In this document: one piece after another, positions 25,862-41,642 of the stretch
Numbering within the stretch: position 1 is the first letter of the stretch
How the letters are laid out: each line of letters opens with the position of its first letter
Assembly: GCA_964016885.1 (NCBI GenBank)
Contig: OZ024749.1
Span: 27,776,001 to 27,840,000 of the forward strand
Origin: Eledone cirrhosa
Lineage: Eukaryota
Length of the DNA stretch: 64,000 bases
Direction: 5' to 3'
Made by a program: the position numbers and the translations under genes
Notes under the pieces: generated by a model
Databases searched by the model: none
What the model was told of the DNA's origin: nothing
What the model saw: the letters and a program-made list of their open reading frames with translations, nothing else

Positions 25862-26466
25862 TGGTGGCTACCAACTCGTTTTCGAGTACGGCCACCACTA
25901 CTTTATATCCATGTAGGAGAACACCTACCAATGTGCTGAACGAGTGTGACTTTTTAGTCCAGCCAGCGACTTGAAAACTCCGGTACAAACACTACACTTG
26001 TGACAATTATTGACAGTGCTGGGCCCATGGTACCATGTGATGACAAGTGCAGAGAGATCTCCAGATATAAAGCAATGCCTGTGCCGTGAAGCTTTTATAG
26101 TGAGCAAAGGCACTGCACAAAGCCAGTCCCACTCTCTTAACCAAGATGATATTTACCAAAAAGAAGAACAAGTCAACATCATTGGATACCATCAGGGTTG
26201 CAGGTGTTATATCAGAGTTTTCCTTCTCCTAGAATTCTGCCTTGACAAAAGCTAAGGGGTCATCTCTCCCGGTGATTTTGGATGGCCATTGACTCTTAAG
26301 AGCTCCTTTGCCCTTTCACAGGTTTTGTTTTTAGTCCTGCAGGATGTCCAAAGTCACCCTCCTCACCAAGAAACCCTGGTGGGGTTGCCAGTTTAGTCGC
26401 CAACGACCCGACCATGAGACAGGTTGTACTGGGATACATGTTACCAGTAGCACCAACTGGTGACCT

Positions 26467-26468
<2 letters not shown>
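25862..26468 (-). mobile_element. Bipartite RTE derivative, apparently full length (about 605 bp)
   Basis: Head + UTR + zinc-finger tail (track ORF 25925-26113 ends NNCHKCSVCTGVFKSLAGLKSHTRSAHW); TA-rich microsatellite on both sides. Confidence 0.82.
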
Positions 26469-26507
<39 letters not shown>

Positions 26508-26674
26508 ATATATATATATATATACATAGATACATACATGTGTGTATATATATATATATATATATACACACACATGTATGTATCTACGTATGTATATATA
26601 TACACACACATATATGTATATATATATTTATATATACACACACACACACACACACATGTATGTATCTATGTATG

Positions 26675-26709
<35 letters not shown>

Positions 26710-26842
26710 GTATGTATCTATGTATGTATATATATACACACACACACAAGTATGTATCTATGTATATATATATATATATATGATATATTTCTTCAGTGTC
26801 GTTTGCTTTATTTCCGTTTACTTTTTACATACATATATATAC

Positions 26843-26876
<34 letters not shown>

Positions 26877-26920
26877 ACACATATAGATATACATACACAG
26901 ACACACGTGTGTCCATCATC

Positions 26921-26985
<65 letters not shown>

Positions 26986-27326
26986 ATGTAGTTAGACCCG
27001 CAACAAAAGAAATTTGATATTATAGTCTAACTAATCTAGTATTATGTTTCCAAAGAAACTCACCACCAGCATCACCCCCACTACCATCAGCAGCAGTTAT
27101 CATAACCAAACAAATATCTATAAACCAATACAAAACCTAAAACTATGATTTATTCACAAGTTCTCTCTCTGTCTCACACATACACACACAAAAATTGAAC
27201 ACTTTTTTTCAACAACGGAAGACCTACATTCTCCAGCTTTATCTATTAGCTAGAGTGATGTAAAAAAGATGTGTGTGTGTGTGTGTGTGAATGCGTACCC
27301 TACATATATGTGTGTGTGCATACATT

Positions 27327-27357
<31 letters not shown>

Positions 27358-27630
27358 ATACATTTATATATATATATATATATATATGTCCTCCAAAAAT
27401 GTATACACACTTCAACAGCATTCTAATAAATATGTGTATACATTCTTTTGGGACACCCTGTATATGTATATATATATATGCAGTCAGCATGAAAAAAGTG
27501 CTATATATATATATATATATATATACATACACACATACACACACACACAGACAGCATGGAAAAATGGATAGAAAATGATATGTGCATATGTATGTGTATT
27601 TATATATATCTGTGTGTATATGTATGAATG

Positions 27631-27675
<45 letters not shown>

Positions 27676-28161
27676 ATGCGTGTCATTTAGCTGTGTTTAT
27701 ATATATAAATGCAGGCATGGAAAATGGAGGAAAAATAATGATGATATGTGTATATGTATGTGTGTGTGCACATATGTATGTACATATACATATATATACA
27801 TACACATATACATACACACATATATATACACACAGCTAAAAGATAACACCGCTACCAACAACAATCTTAACTATTAGTAAAGCATGGTAAAATGAATGGT
27901 GGTAGTAGAATTGGTTAAGTGGTGGTGGTGAGGGCGGTGTGGCGGTGGCAGAATGGTGAGATGGTGGTGGCGGTGAGTGATAGAACAAGAGGGTAGGGGC
28001 AGTGGTAGGTGTAGGGGAGAGATATTAATGATCAGGAAGTACACATGTTGTTACCATTCCACAAGCTCGATTGTGTAATTATTCAAGAGTCGTTAACACA
28101 GGAACAAGTAGCATTAACCAAAAAAAACAAAAAAAAACATCCACAACAACAACAATACTAA

Positions 28162-28217
<56 letters not shown>

Positions 28218-28436
28218 CTTAGTTTTTATTGTGAATGGTAATTGCTAAAAGCTGCCCATCTAAAAATCACAAAAAGAAACAAAAATAGTACTAACAAAGT
28301 TAGAGAGATCAATAGGAAATAATCAATATATCAGCTGATCAGACTACTGAAGTCAGAGCTAAAAAGTTCAGGCATCAGTTAACAGAGAGATATGTGCCAA
28401 TATCTGATTAGAACAAACCAAAGACCAAAACCTATT

Positions 28437-29650
28437 ATAACAATGATATGTGGAGGTTTGTGGCCAAGTGGTAAGGTTGTTGGGTTAACAATGATATGTG
28501 GAGGTTTGTGGCCAAGTGGTAAGGTTGTTGGGTTAACGATGATATGTGGAGGTTTGTGGCCGAGTGGTAAGGTTGTTGGGTTAACAATGATATGTGCAGG
28601 TTTGTGGCCAAGTGGTAAGGTTGTTGGGGTAACAATGATATGTGGAGGTTTGTGGCCAAGTGGTAAGGTTGTTGGGTTAACAATGATATGTGGAGGTTTG
28701 TGGCCAAGTGGTAAGGTTGTTGGGTTAACAATGATATGTGGAGGTTTGTGGCCAAGTCGTAAGGTTGTTGGGTTAACAATGATGTGTGGAGGTTTGTGGC
28801 CAAGTGGTAAGGTTGTTGTGTTAACAATGATATGTGCAGGTTTGTGGCCTAGTGGTAAGGTTGTTATGTTAACAATGATATGTCAGGTTTGTGGCCAAGT
28901 GGTAAGGTTGTTGTGTTAACAATATGTGCAGGTTTGTGGCCTAGTGGTAAGGTTGTTGTGTTAACAATGATATGTGCAGTTTTGTGGCCTAGTGGTAAGG
29001 TTGTTGGGTTAACAATAAGTGCAGGTTTGTGGCCTAGTGGTAAGGTTGTTGGGTTAACAATGATATGTCAGGTTTGTGGCCTAGTGGTAAGGTTGTTGGG
29101 TTAACAATGATATGTGCAGTTTTGTGGCCTAGTGGTAAGGTTGTTGGGTTAACAATATGTGCAGGTTTGTGGCCTAGTGGTAAGGTTGTTGTGTTAACAA
29201 TGATATGTGCAGTTTTGTGGCCTAGTGGTAAGGTTGTTGGGTTAACAATATGTGCAGGTTTGTGGCCTAGTGGTAAGGTTGTTGTGTTAACAATGATATG
29301 TGCAGTTTTGTGGCCTAGTGGTAAGGTTGTTGGGTTAACAATAAGTGCAGGTTTGTGGCCTAGTAGTAAGGTTGTTGGGTTAACAATATGTGCAGGTTTG
29401 TGGCCTAGTGGTAAGGTTGTTGTGTTAACAATGATATGTGCAGGTTTGTGGCCTAGTGGTAAGGTTGTTGTGTTAACAATGATATGTGCAGGTCTGTGGC
29501 CTAATGGTAAGGTTGTTGGGTTAACAATGATATGTGCAGGTTTGTGGCCTAATGGTAAGGTTGTTGGGTTAACAATGATATGTGCAGGTTTGTGGCCTAG
29601 TGGGGGGGTTGTTGGTCTGGCAAAGATATGGTGGAGGTTTGTGGCATAGT
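28437..29650 (+). repeat. Minisatellite, 45-48 bp unit, about 25 copies
   Basis: Unit aacaatgatatgtg(g/c)aggtttgtggcc(a/t)agtggtaaggttgttgggtt; variants change progressively along the array. Confidence 0.95.
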
Positions 29651-30659
29651 GGTTAGGCTGTTGAACTGACAATGATATGGTTGTCGGTTTGAGTCTATGA
29701 GCATATCTCATATTGTGTTGTTGAGAGTACGATGCTATATTTTATGTTGGTTTTCATGATAAGACTGGTGGTGGTGGGGGCTTCATAATTAAAATATCAA
29801 AGAAACCTCCAATGAGATACAACTCGTTAGAAGATTGGCTAAGCCTACATAGATATGAATTGTAACAACAGAATAGGTCTGGGGTCACTATCAATAAAAC
29901 ATCCAAGAAACCTCCAATACAACCTCAAAGGAGGCCAGCTTAACCTAGAGAAGTAAGAGTTGCAACAACACCACACACAGATATATGTGTATGTATATGA
30001 GAGGACCGTGGCGCCTATCAAAGAAACACCTGAGAAACCTCCTACGAGAAGCAACCTTGTAAGAGGCCAGTTAAACCTACATACAGTGGCAGCGGTGGTT
30101 GTGCTAGTAGTTGAAGATGGCAGTATCAGCAGTAGTAGTATTGGTATTGATGGTGGTGGTAATTATGGTAGTGGTGGTGGTGTTGGTAGTCGTGGTAGTC
30201 GTGGTAATTATGGTAGTGGTGGTGGTGGTGTTGGTAGTCGTGGTGGTGGTGGTGGTGTTCGTGGTGTTGATGGTGGTGGTGGTAGTGGTAGTCATGGTAA
30301 TTATGGTAGTGGTGGTGGTGGTGTTGGCAGTCGTGGTAATTATGGTAGCAGTGTTGGTGTTGATGGTGGTGGAGGATGTGTTGATCGTGGTAGTGGGAGT
30401 GGTGTTGATGGTGGTGGTGGTGTTGGAGGAAGTGTTGATGGTGGTAGTGGTGTTGATGGTGGTGGTGGTAGTGGTAGTGGTGTTGATGGTGGTGTTGGAG
30501 GAAGTGTTGATGGTGGTGGTGGTAGTGGTGTTGATGGTGGTTGTGTTGGTGAAATAAAGTGTCTTGTTCAAGGAAACAACTCATCACCCGGTCTGAAATT
30601 GAACTCACAGCCTTTCGATTGCAAGGCCAATGCTCTAACCACTAAGCCATGTGCCTCCT

Positions 30660-30697
<38 letters not shown>

Positions 30698-31161
30698 CAT
30701 ACATACACACATATATATATACATATACATATATATATACATATATATACATATATATAAATATAAATATATAAATATATCATATATATACATACATATA
30801 TCATATATATATACATATATATAAATATATCATATATATACATACATATATCATATATATATACATATATATAAATATATCATATATATACATACATATA
30901 TCATATATATATACATATATATAAATATATCATATATATACATATATACACATCATATATATATATCATATACATATATCATTTATATATACATACATCA
31001 TATACATACATCATATACATACATCATATATATATATCATATATATATACATCATATATATACATATATCATATATATACATCATATATATATATATATA
31101 TACATATCTCCTATATATACATCATATATATACATATATCATATGTACATATATCATACAT

Positions 31162-31195
<34 letters not shown>

Positions 31196-31552
31196 TAAAT
31201 ACATACATGCATATATATGTATATATGTATATATATAAATATATATATGCATACATACATATATATGAAGGTCAACCCTTGCACACAGGGAAAATGGATG
31301 TTAAAATGATGATGATCATATATATATATATATATATATATAACACACACTCAGATATATATACACACACATTCATATACAGAATGGTTAAAGCACTTGC
31401 TAGGCATCCAAGAGATACAGGGTTTGATTCCTTACAGGCACCCCTGTCCACTTTTTCTCCATCTCCAAGGGGACTTTATCCAATTCTCTCATGTGCATTG
31501 AGATTCAGACATATTTCAAATTCCCAATCTTCCATATGCTTCCGAAGGCAAT

Positions 31553-31590
<38 letters not shown>

Positions 31591-31599
31591 TGTGAGAGT

Positions 31600-34553
<2,954 letters not shown>

Positions 34554-35032
34554 TATTGGCCAGTGTAACACAGAGTCATTCATAAAACAACAATTAACAA
34601 TCAGATAGATGAGGGCTTCAAAACCTCTCTTTCTGCATTACGCTGGTGGAGAGAGAGAGAGAGAGGGGTAGAGAGAGAGAGAGAGAGAGAGGGGTAGAGA
34701 GAGAGAGAGAGAAAGAAAGGGGTAGAGAGAGAGAGAGAGAAATAAAGTGAGAGAGAGGGAGAGATAAAGTGAGAGAGAAAGAGAGAGATAAAGAGAGAGA
34801 GAGAAAGAGAAAGAAAGGGGTAGAAAGAGAGAGAGAAAGGGGTAGAAAGAGAGAGAGAAAGGGGTAGAGAGAGAAAGAGAGAGGAGTAGAGAGAGAGATG
34901 ACTTATATGTCGGAGGAGGCGAGGAAAGAGTGAATTTGCAAGAATTCCTTATTCATTAATTGCCTCTTATACGCACAAATTTACAAAAATGCCACACATA
35001 CATCATCAACATCGTTTAAATAGAACTTAAAC

Positions 35033-36148
35033 TATGTATGTATGTATGTATGTATGTATGTATGTATGTATGTATGTATGTATGTATGTATGTATGTATG
35101 TATGTATGTATGTATGTATGTATGTATGTATGTATGTATGTATGTATGTATGTATGTATGTATGTATGTATGTATGTATGTATGTATGTATGTATGTATG
35201 TATGTATGTATGTATGTATGTATGTATGTATGTATGTATGTATGTATGTATGTATGTATGTATGTATGTATGTATGTATGTATGTATGTATGTATGTATG
35301 TATGTATGTATGTATGTATGTATGTATGTATGTATGTATGTATGTATGTATGTATGTATGTATGTATGTATGTATGTATGTATGTATGTATGTATGTATG
35401 TATGTATGTATGTATGTATGTATGTATGTATGTATGTATGTATGTATGTATGTATGTATGTATGTATGTATGTATGTATGTATGTATGTATGTATGTATG
35501 TATGTATGTATGTATGTATGTATGTATGTATGTATGTATGTATGTATGTATGTATGTATGTATGTATGTATGTATGTATGTATGTATGTATGTATGTATG
35601 TATGTATGTATGTATGTATGTATGTATGTATGTATGTATGTATGTATGTATGTATGTATGTATGTATGTATGTATGTATGTATGTATGTATGTATGTATG
35701 TATGTATGTATGTATGTATGTATGTATGTATGTATGTATGTATGTATGTATGTATGTATGTATGTATGTATGTATGTATGTATGTATGTATGTATGTATG
35801 TATGTATGTATGTATGTATGTATGTATGTATGTATGTATGTATGTATGTATGTATGTATGTATGTATGTATGTATGTATGTATGTATGTATGTATGTATG
35901 TATGTATGTATGTATGTATGTATGTATGTATGTATGTATGTATGTATGTATGTATGTATGTATGTATGTATGTATGTATGTATGTATGTATGTATGTATG
36001 TATGTATGTATGTATGTATGTATGTATGTATGTATGTATGTATGTATGTATGTATGTATGTATGTATGTATGTATGTATGTATGTATGTATGTATGTATG
36101 TATGTATGTATGTATGTATGTATGTATGTATGTATGTATGTATGTATG
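35033..36148. repeat. Pure (TATG)n microsatellite, about 1116 bp
   Basis: No interruptions seen. Confidence 0.97.
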
Positions 36149-36404
36149 AGGAAGGGAGTGAAGAACCCCTAGCCCATGTCAGGGTATTCTTCTAGGAGAA
36201 GGCATCTCAGGAAACTGGGTTAACTCCGATATAAAACCTGCGGCTCAGTAGTTACCGATGATGTTGATCTTTTCTTCTTTTCGGGTTATAGCTACTGTCG
36301 CTCAGAGAGTGGGATTGGTTCAGTGCACAGTCTTTCCTCACTTTAAAAATATTCGTCACGCACAGGCATTGCACGAGTGCATTAATAATTATTAATAGTG
36401 TAGT

Positions 36405-36439
<35 letters not shown>

Positions 36440-36444
36440 TACTA

Positions 36445-36475
<31 letters not shown>

Positions 36476-39400
36476 CCCAATTCAATGATGTTCCAGAACA
36501 ATGTAAACGAGATAATTGCCAATTTGGGTTCTGGAACAAAAAAGATCATTGGCAATAAGGGCAGGGGCCCCAAGTTATCACAACCTGGGCCCGCCCGTCA
36601 TCGTGCCATTGTAATAGAGCCAAACAGGGCATTTAGTCTTGGCTGCTGGAACGTACGGACGCTGCTTGACAGGGATTCTTTGGAGCGTCCTGAACGAAGG
36701 ACCGCTCTTGTTGCGAAGGAGCTTCGACGTTACGATCTTGACATCGTGGCTTTGTCTGAGACGAGGTTAGCTGGGGATGGTCATCTTACGGAATTTTGTG
36801 GGGAATATACATTCTTCTGGAAAGGAAGAGATGAAGGAACCAGAAGAGAGGCTGGGGTAGGATTTGCTGTTAAGACTGTACTGGTGAATAAATTGGAAGA
36901 ATTCCCAGTGGGGATTAGTGAGCGTCTTATGTCCATGAGAGTTCCGCTGGACAAGGGAAGATATGCTACCCTGGTGAGTGTGTATGCTCCAACTATGAAT
37001 TCTGTCGATGAAGAAAAACTGTCCTTTTACCATGCCTTGAAAGGTGTTTTAAGAAATATCCCTCAGGCAGACAAAGTCATCGTGCTTGGTGACTTTAATG
37101 CTAGAGTGGGTAGGGATTTTAACACATGGAATGTAATCGGAAGGCATGGGGTGGGAAAGTGTAACAGCAATGGTATGCTCTTGCTGCAGATGTGTGAGGA
37201 GCTGGATCTGTGTGTTACCAACACCATGTTCCAACAAAAGAACAAATTCAAGACCACATGGATGCATCCTGCATCTAAGGAATGGCATCTTTTGGACTAC
37301 GTCCTAGTCAGGATGCGTGACAGACAGGATGTGCGGTGTGTTCGTGTTCTTCGTGGAGCTGAGTGCTGGACGGACCACCGCCTGGTACGCGCAAAAGTGA
37401 ATCTAATCACCAAACGTAAAATCCGGGCTCCTGGTGTCACCCTGCCCAAAAGATTGAATGCTGCTCGTCTTAAGGATAAAAATGTGAAGAGGACATTGGA
37501 AGAAGAGATGCAGGCTGCAGATCTTGGTGAGGATTGGCCGACCCTTAAAAAGTCGGTTTATGATGTAGGCAGACGTGTTCTGGGATTGGTGCAGAGAAAA
37601 CATCAGGACTGGTTTAATGAGAAAGATGTGCATATAGATGACTTGTTGGCTGATAAGAGGCGCGCTCTGTCACGCTACTTGACGGCAAGACCACAGGAGA
37701 GGAATACGTTGCATGAGGAGCTCAGGGATGTAAAATCACGTGTTAGGCGGAGTCTTTCTCAGATGAAGGATCAGTGGTGGAGTGAGAAGGCTGGTGAGAT
37801 ACAAACTGCGTCTGATTGCAATAACACAAAGCTGTTGTACAGTCTCTTGCGTGAGGTTTATGGACCGTCTTCTTCTCTGGTGACACCGATTCGCAGCAAG
37901 GATGGCAAGGAACTTCTTCGTGACTCACAGGGAATTCTACGAAGGTGGCGGGAGCACTTTGATGATCTTTTGAATCAGCCGTCTGTCGTCAGTGAAGATT
38001 TCCTCAATCTCATTCCGGAAAGTCCTGTGAAAGTAGCTCTCGCAGAGCCTCCGACACTTGTGGAGGTTGCAGTGGCTATTTCGAAGCTGAACAGTGGAAG
38101 ATCTCCAGGTATGGATGGCATACATGCTGAGCTCCTACAATATGGTGGTGAGAGACTCCTGCAACATCTTCACTCTCTGTTTGGAAGGATATGGGCTAAT
38201 GAATCCGTGCCTGAGGACTGGAGAGATGCAGTAATGGTGGTCTTGTACAAGGGAAAGGGTAACAGGAATGATTGTGGGAACTACAGAGGTATATCATTGC
38301 TTTCTGTCGTGGGGAAAGTTTTATGTAGGGTGCTTCTGGACCGTCTGCTGACACACATTGCAGATTGTGTCCTTCCTGAAAGTCAATCTGGTTTTCGTGT
38401 TGGACGCGGCACTACTGATATGATCTTCTCAGCTAGACAGCTCCAGGAGAAGTGCATTGAACAGGGCTTGGATCTGTATCAGGTTTTTGTCGATCTGACA
38501 AAGGCTTTCGATACTGTCAACAGAGATGCATTATGGAAGGTTCTCCAGAAACTTGGTTGCCCTGATAAGTTCCTTGCTTTAGTTAGGTCTTTCCATGACG
38601 ACATGAAGGCTTGGGTTAATGTCGGAGGTAACATGTCGGAGCCTATCTCAGTAAAAAATGGAGTGAAACAGGGGGATATTCCAGCACCGACCCTGTTTGC
38701 CATATACTTTGCAATGGTTTTCTGTATTGCATTCAGGAATTGCGAGCATGGTGTTTACATCCGATATCGAACCTCAGGCAGCATATTTAACATCAGGCGC
38801 TTTGCTGCGAAGACAAAAGTATTTACATCAGTCATAAGAGACCTCTTGTATGCAGATGATTGCGATCTTGTAGCGCACACAGAGAGTGATATGCAGCACA
38901 TTTTGAATGTATTTTCTGACGCTTGCACTGCCCTGGGTTTGACTGTCAGTCTCAAGAAAACCGTCGTCATGTACCAACCTGCACCTGGTAGGCAGTACAC
39001 TGAACCAAACATCTATGTGTATGGCAAACGACTTGGAGTGGTTGATCAGTTTGTCTACCTGGGAAGCACTGTCAATCGATACGGCAACCTTGACAGTGAA
39101 ATCTCACTTAGGATTAGGAAAGCAAGTGATGCTTTCGGAAAGCTAGAAAGGCGACTCTGGGGTCGGCGAGACATATGCAGGAGGACAAAGGTAAAGGTGT
39201 ACAGGGCATGTGTACTCTCTTGTCTTCTTTATGCCTGCGAGACCTGGGTCACATATCGACGCCACCTTAAGCAATTGGAGCGTTTCCATCAGATGTGTCT
39301 CAGACGGATACATGGCGTTCGCTGGAGGGACCACATCAGTGATGTCGAGATTTTGGAAAGCTCTATGTGTGACAGTATAGAAGCTCTTGTGCTTAAGCAG

Positions 39401-39672
39401 CGACTCCGTTGGAGTGGTCACCTTGCCAGGATGAAGGATTCTAGAATACCAAAACAACTCTTCTATGGAGAGTTGGTTAAAGGAAAACGACCGCCACATA
39501 AACCAAAAAAGAGGTATAAGGATTCCTTGAAGGCCTCTCTGAAAGACGCTAACATCTCTGCTGATACATGGGAAAATATTGCTGCTGATCGTAATAAATG
39601 GAGAAAGACTGTATATGAGGGAAAAGTTGCCTTTGAGGCATCTCGAATCGCACACGAGAAAGTAAAGCGGGA
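36149..39672 (+). mobile_element. RTE-clade LINE (RTE/BovB-like), partial 5' UTR plus ORF, 3' end lost in assembly gap
   Basis: 5' UTR 36149-36380 is homologous to the non-autonomous elements at 23121-23620 and 25862-26468. Single APE-RT ORF follows. Confidence 0.93.
36485..39672 (+). CDS. AP endonuclease + reverse transcriptase of RTE LINE (open to the gap)
   Basis: APE motifs GCWNVRTL, ALSETR, GDFNARVG, LDYVLV, WTDHRLV; RT motifs SPGMDG, NYRGISLLS, QSGFR, FVDLTKAFDTV, GVKQGD, LYADD, FVYLGS; RTE C-terminal LLYACETW, RLRWSGH..RM, PKQLFYGEL..GKR. Confidence 0.95.
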
Positions 39673-39872
39673 NNNNNNNNNNNNNNNNNNNNNNNNNNNN
39701 NNNNNNNNNNNNNNNNNNNNNNNNNNNNNNNNNNNNNNNNNNNNNNNNNNNNNNNNNNNNNNNNNNNNNNNNNNNNNNNNNNNNNNNNNNNNNNNNNNNN
39801 NNNNNNNNNNNNNNNNNNNNNNNNNNNNNNNNNNNNNNNNNNNNNNNNNNNNNNNNNNNNNNNNNNNNNNNN
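39673..39872. other. Assembly gap (200 N)
   Basis: Run of n. Confidence 1.
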
Positions 39873-40643
39873 ATAATTATTACCACTACCATCGCCATCA
39901 TAATTATTACCACTACCACCGCCATCATAATTATTATCACGACCACCACCACTATAGAGTATGCCTGGGTTGGATAGGTTTACTGTGACAAGTTATACTT
40001 GGAGCAGCAACTGAACAATTTATTATTATGGTTGAATTGGCAGTATTGGTAGAGGGTCGGACATGCTTTCCAGCATAGTTACGTCCCTTTACAATCTGAG
40101 TTCAAATCCCGCCAAGGTTAACTTTGCTTTCATCCATACGGGGTCAATAAAATAAAATACCAGTAATGTACTGGTTAATTGCTGGCCTTGTGCCAAAAGT
40201 AGAAACAATTATTATGGCTAAGTACTGAGTCTTATTACTGTGGAGTTTCACCTGAGCATATGCAGGTGAAACTCCAAAGTAACAAGACTACATAGCCAAA
40301 ATAAACGAATATTTACACTCTACTTTGGTATTGAGTACTCTTTTCTCTCGTCTGTTAATTACATACATCATCATCATCATCTTCGTTTAACGTCCATCTT
40401 CCACGCTAGCATGGGTTAGACATATATGTAATTAACAGACTTCGAATGAAACAGTTTTAGTCCCGTAGAAGTAATTTCTATATTAAATATTGTATATACT
40501 CTACTATGTATTGAGTACCTTACTTATGGTGGTTACAAGCCAGTAGAGAGAAGGTTAGTGTGCTCGAAGCAAGTTGTCAGCCAGTAAATATACATATTCA
40601 AAAATTTGTTTTCTTAGACATGTAATACATGCTATATACATAT

Positions 40644-41468
40644 ACTAGCCGAATTACCCTTGCCTTTCACACATTTTTTTGTAAGAAAATGATGATCGAT
40701 TTTAAATCAGTGATATAATTTATGGAGAAAAACTCTGCATTCCAATATTACTCAATGTAAAATGTAATGCATGAAAAATTGGAAAACATTATTTTTTGGT
40801 GGATTGGCAGTATCGGTAGAGGGTCGGACGCCATGCTTTCCAGCATAGTTACGTCCCTTTACGATCTGAGTTCAAATCCCGCTGAGGTTGACTTTGCCTT
40901 TCATCCTTACGGGGTCGATAAAACAAAGTACCAGTAATGCACTGGGTAATTGGTGGCCTTGTGCCTAAAGTATAAACAATTATTTTTTGTAATATATCAA
41001 ATCAAAATTACATTATTAAATTTTATTCTTATTTTGTTTCTTGTAAATAATTTTTTTCAAAATATCAATTCAAAACTTTTGTGAATAGGCATCATATCTT
41101 GTCATTTACCTATGGTTTAAATTTCATATAAATCGAAGAGAAACCATTTTCAGTGGTAGTTTGTGCCCCTGGGGAACCCTAATAGGGGGTTTAACCCCCA
41201 TTAGGGTGTCTTATTATTGAAATTTTGTGAATAGGCATCATATCTTGTCATTTACCTATGGTTTAAATTTCATATAAATCAAAGGGAAAAAATTTTCAGT
41301 GGGGGTTTTCAGCTCCAGGGGAACCCTTTGATTAAAATGAAATATACTTATCCAAGTACCCTGGGCAATGTAGTTTCAGAATATATATGGTTACGGGGGT
41401 CTAACTCCAAAACCATAGGGGTAGTTAGTGAACAAACAGACAGGAATACAACTTTATATATATAGATT
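40644..41468 (+). mobile_element. Non-autonomous Helitron/Helentron-like element with internal tandem duplication and a nested SINE A
   Basis: 5' actagccgaattaccc; 3' acaaacagaca...ctttatatatatagat; duplicated block ttttgtgaataggcatcatatcttgtcatttacctatggtttaaatttcatataaatc (41078 and 41223); SINE at 40798-40983 flanked by attattttttg. Confidence 0.6.
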
Positions 41469-41642
41469 GTAATTAAATAGTTCAGTTGCTGCTCCAGTTA
41501 TCATAACACCAACAGTAGGGTGGCTGTCATATCTTTGACATAATTCAAGGGTCCTCACAACTCTTTGTTTAGTATTACATTATAGTTGGTATCCTTAAGA
41601 AGCAGAGTATTAATAATAATATTGATGATAATAATAAGGAGC

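Noticed and set aside
28392-29711. Repeat-protein ORFs or a CRISPR-like array
   Set aside because: Contiguous tandem units with no unique spacers, eukaryotic context and no cas genes; the open frames follow from the 45/48-bp period.
29960-30760. Glycine-rich protein ORF
   Set aside because: (GGT)n-type low complexity running into a SINE head; no splice or homology support.
31378-31445. tRNA gene
   Set aside because: A/B-box-like words only, with no convincing cloverleaf; more likely a decayed SINE head. The same applies to the SINE A, B and C heads.
34895-34960. Possible alternative DOCK first exon (MNKEFLQ.. or ..CKFTLS..)
   Set aside because: No GT donor (ATAAGT) and no compatible ATG and phase.
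35034-36195. MYVC-repeat ORFs
   Set aside because: (TATG)n has no stops in these frames.
39873-39988. C-terminal extension of the RTE ORF after the gap
   Set aside because: Low-complexity sequence joined across Ns; the frame is meaningless.
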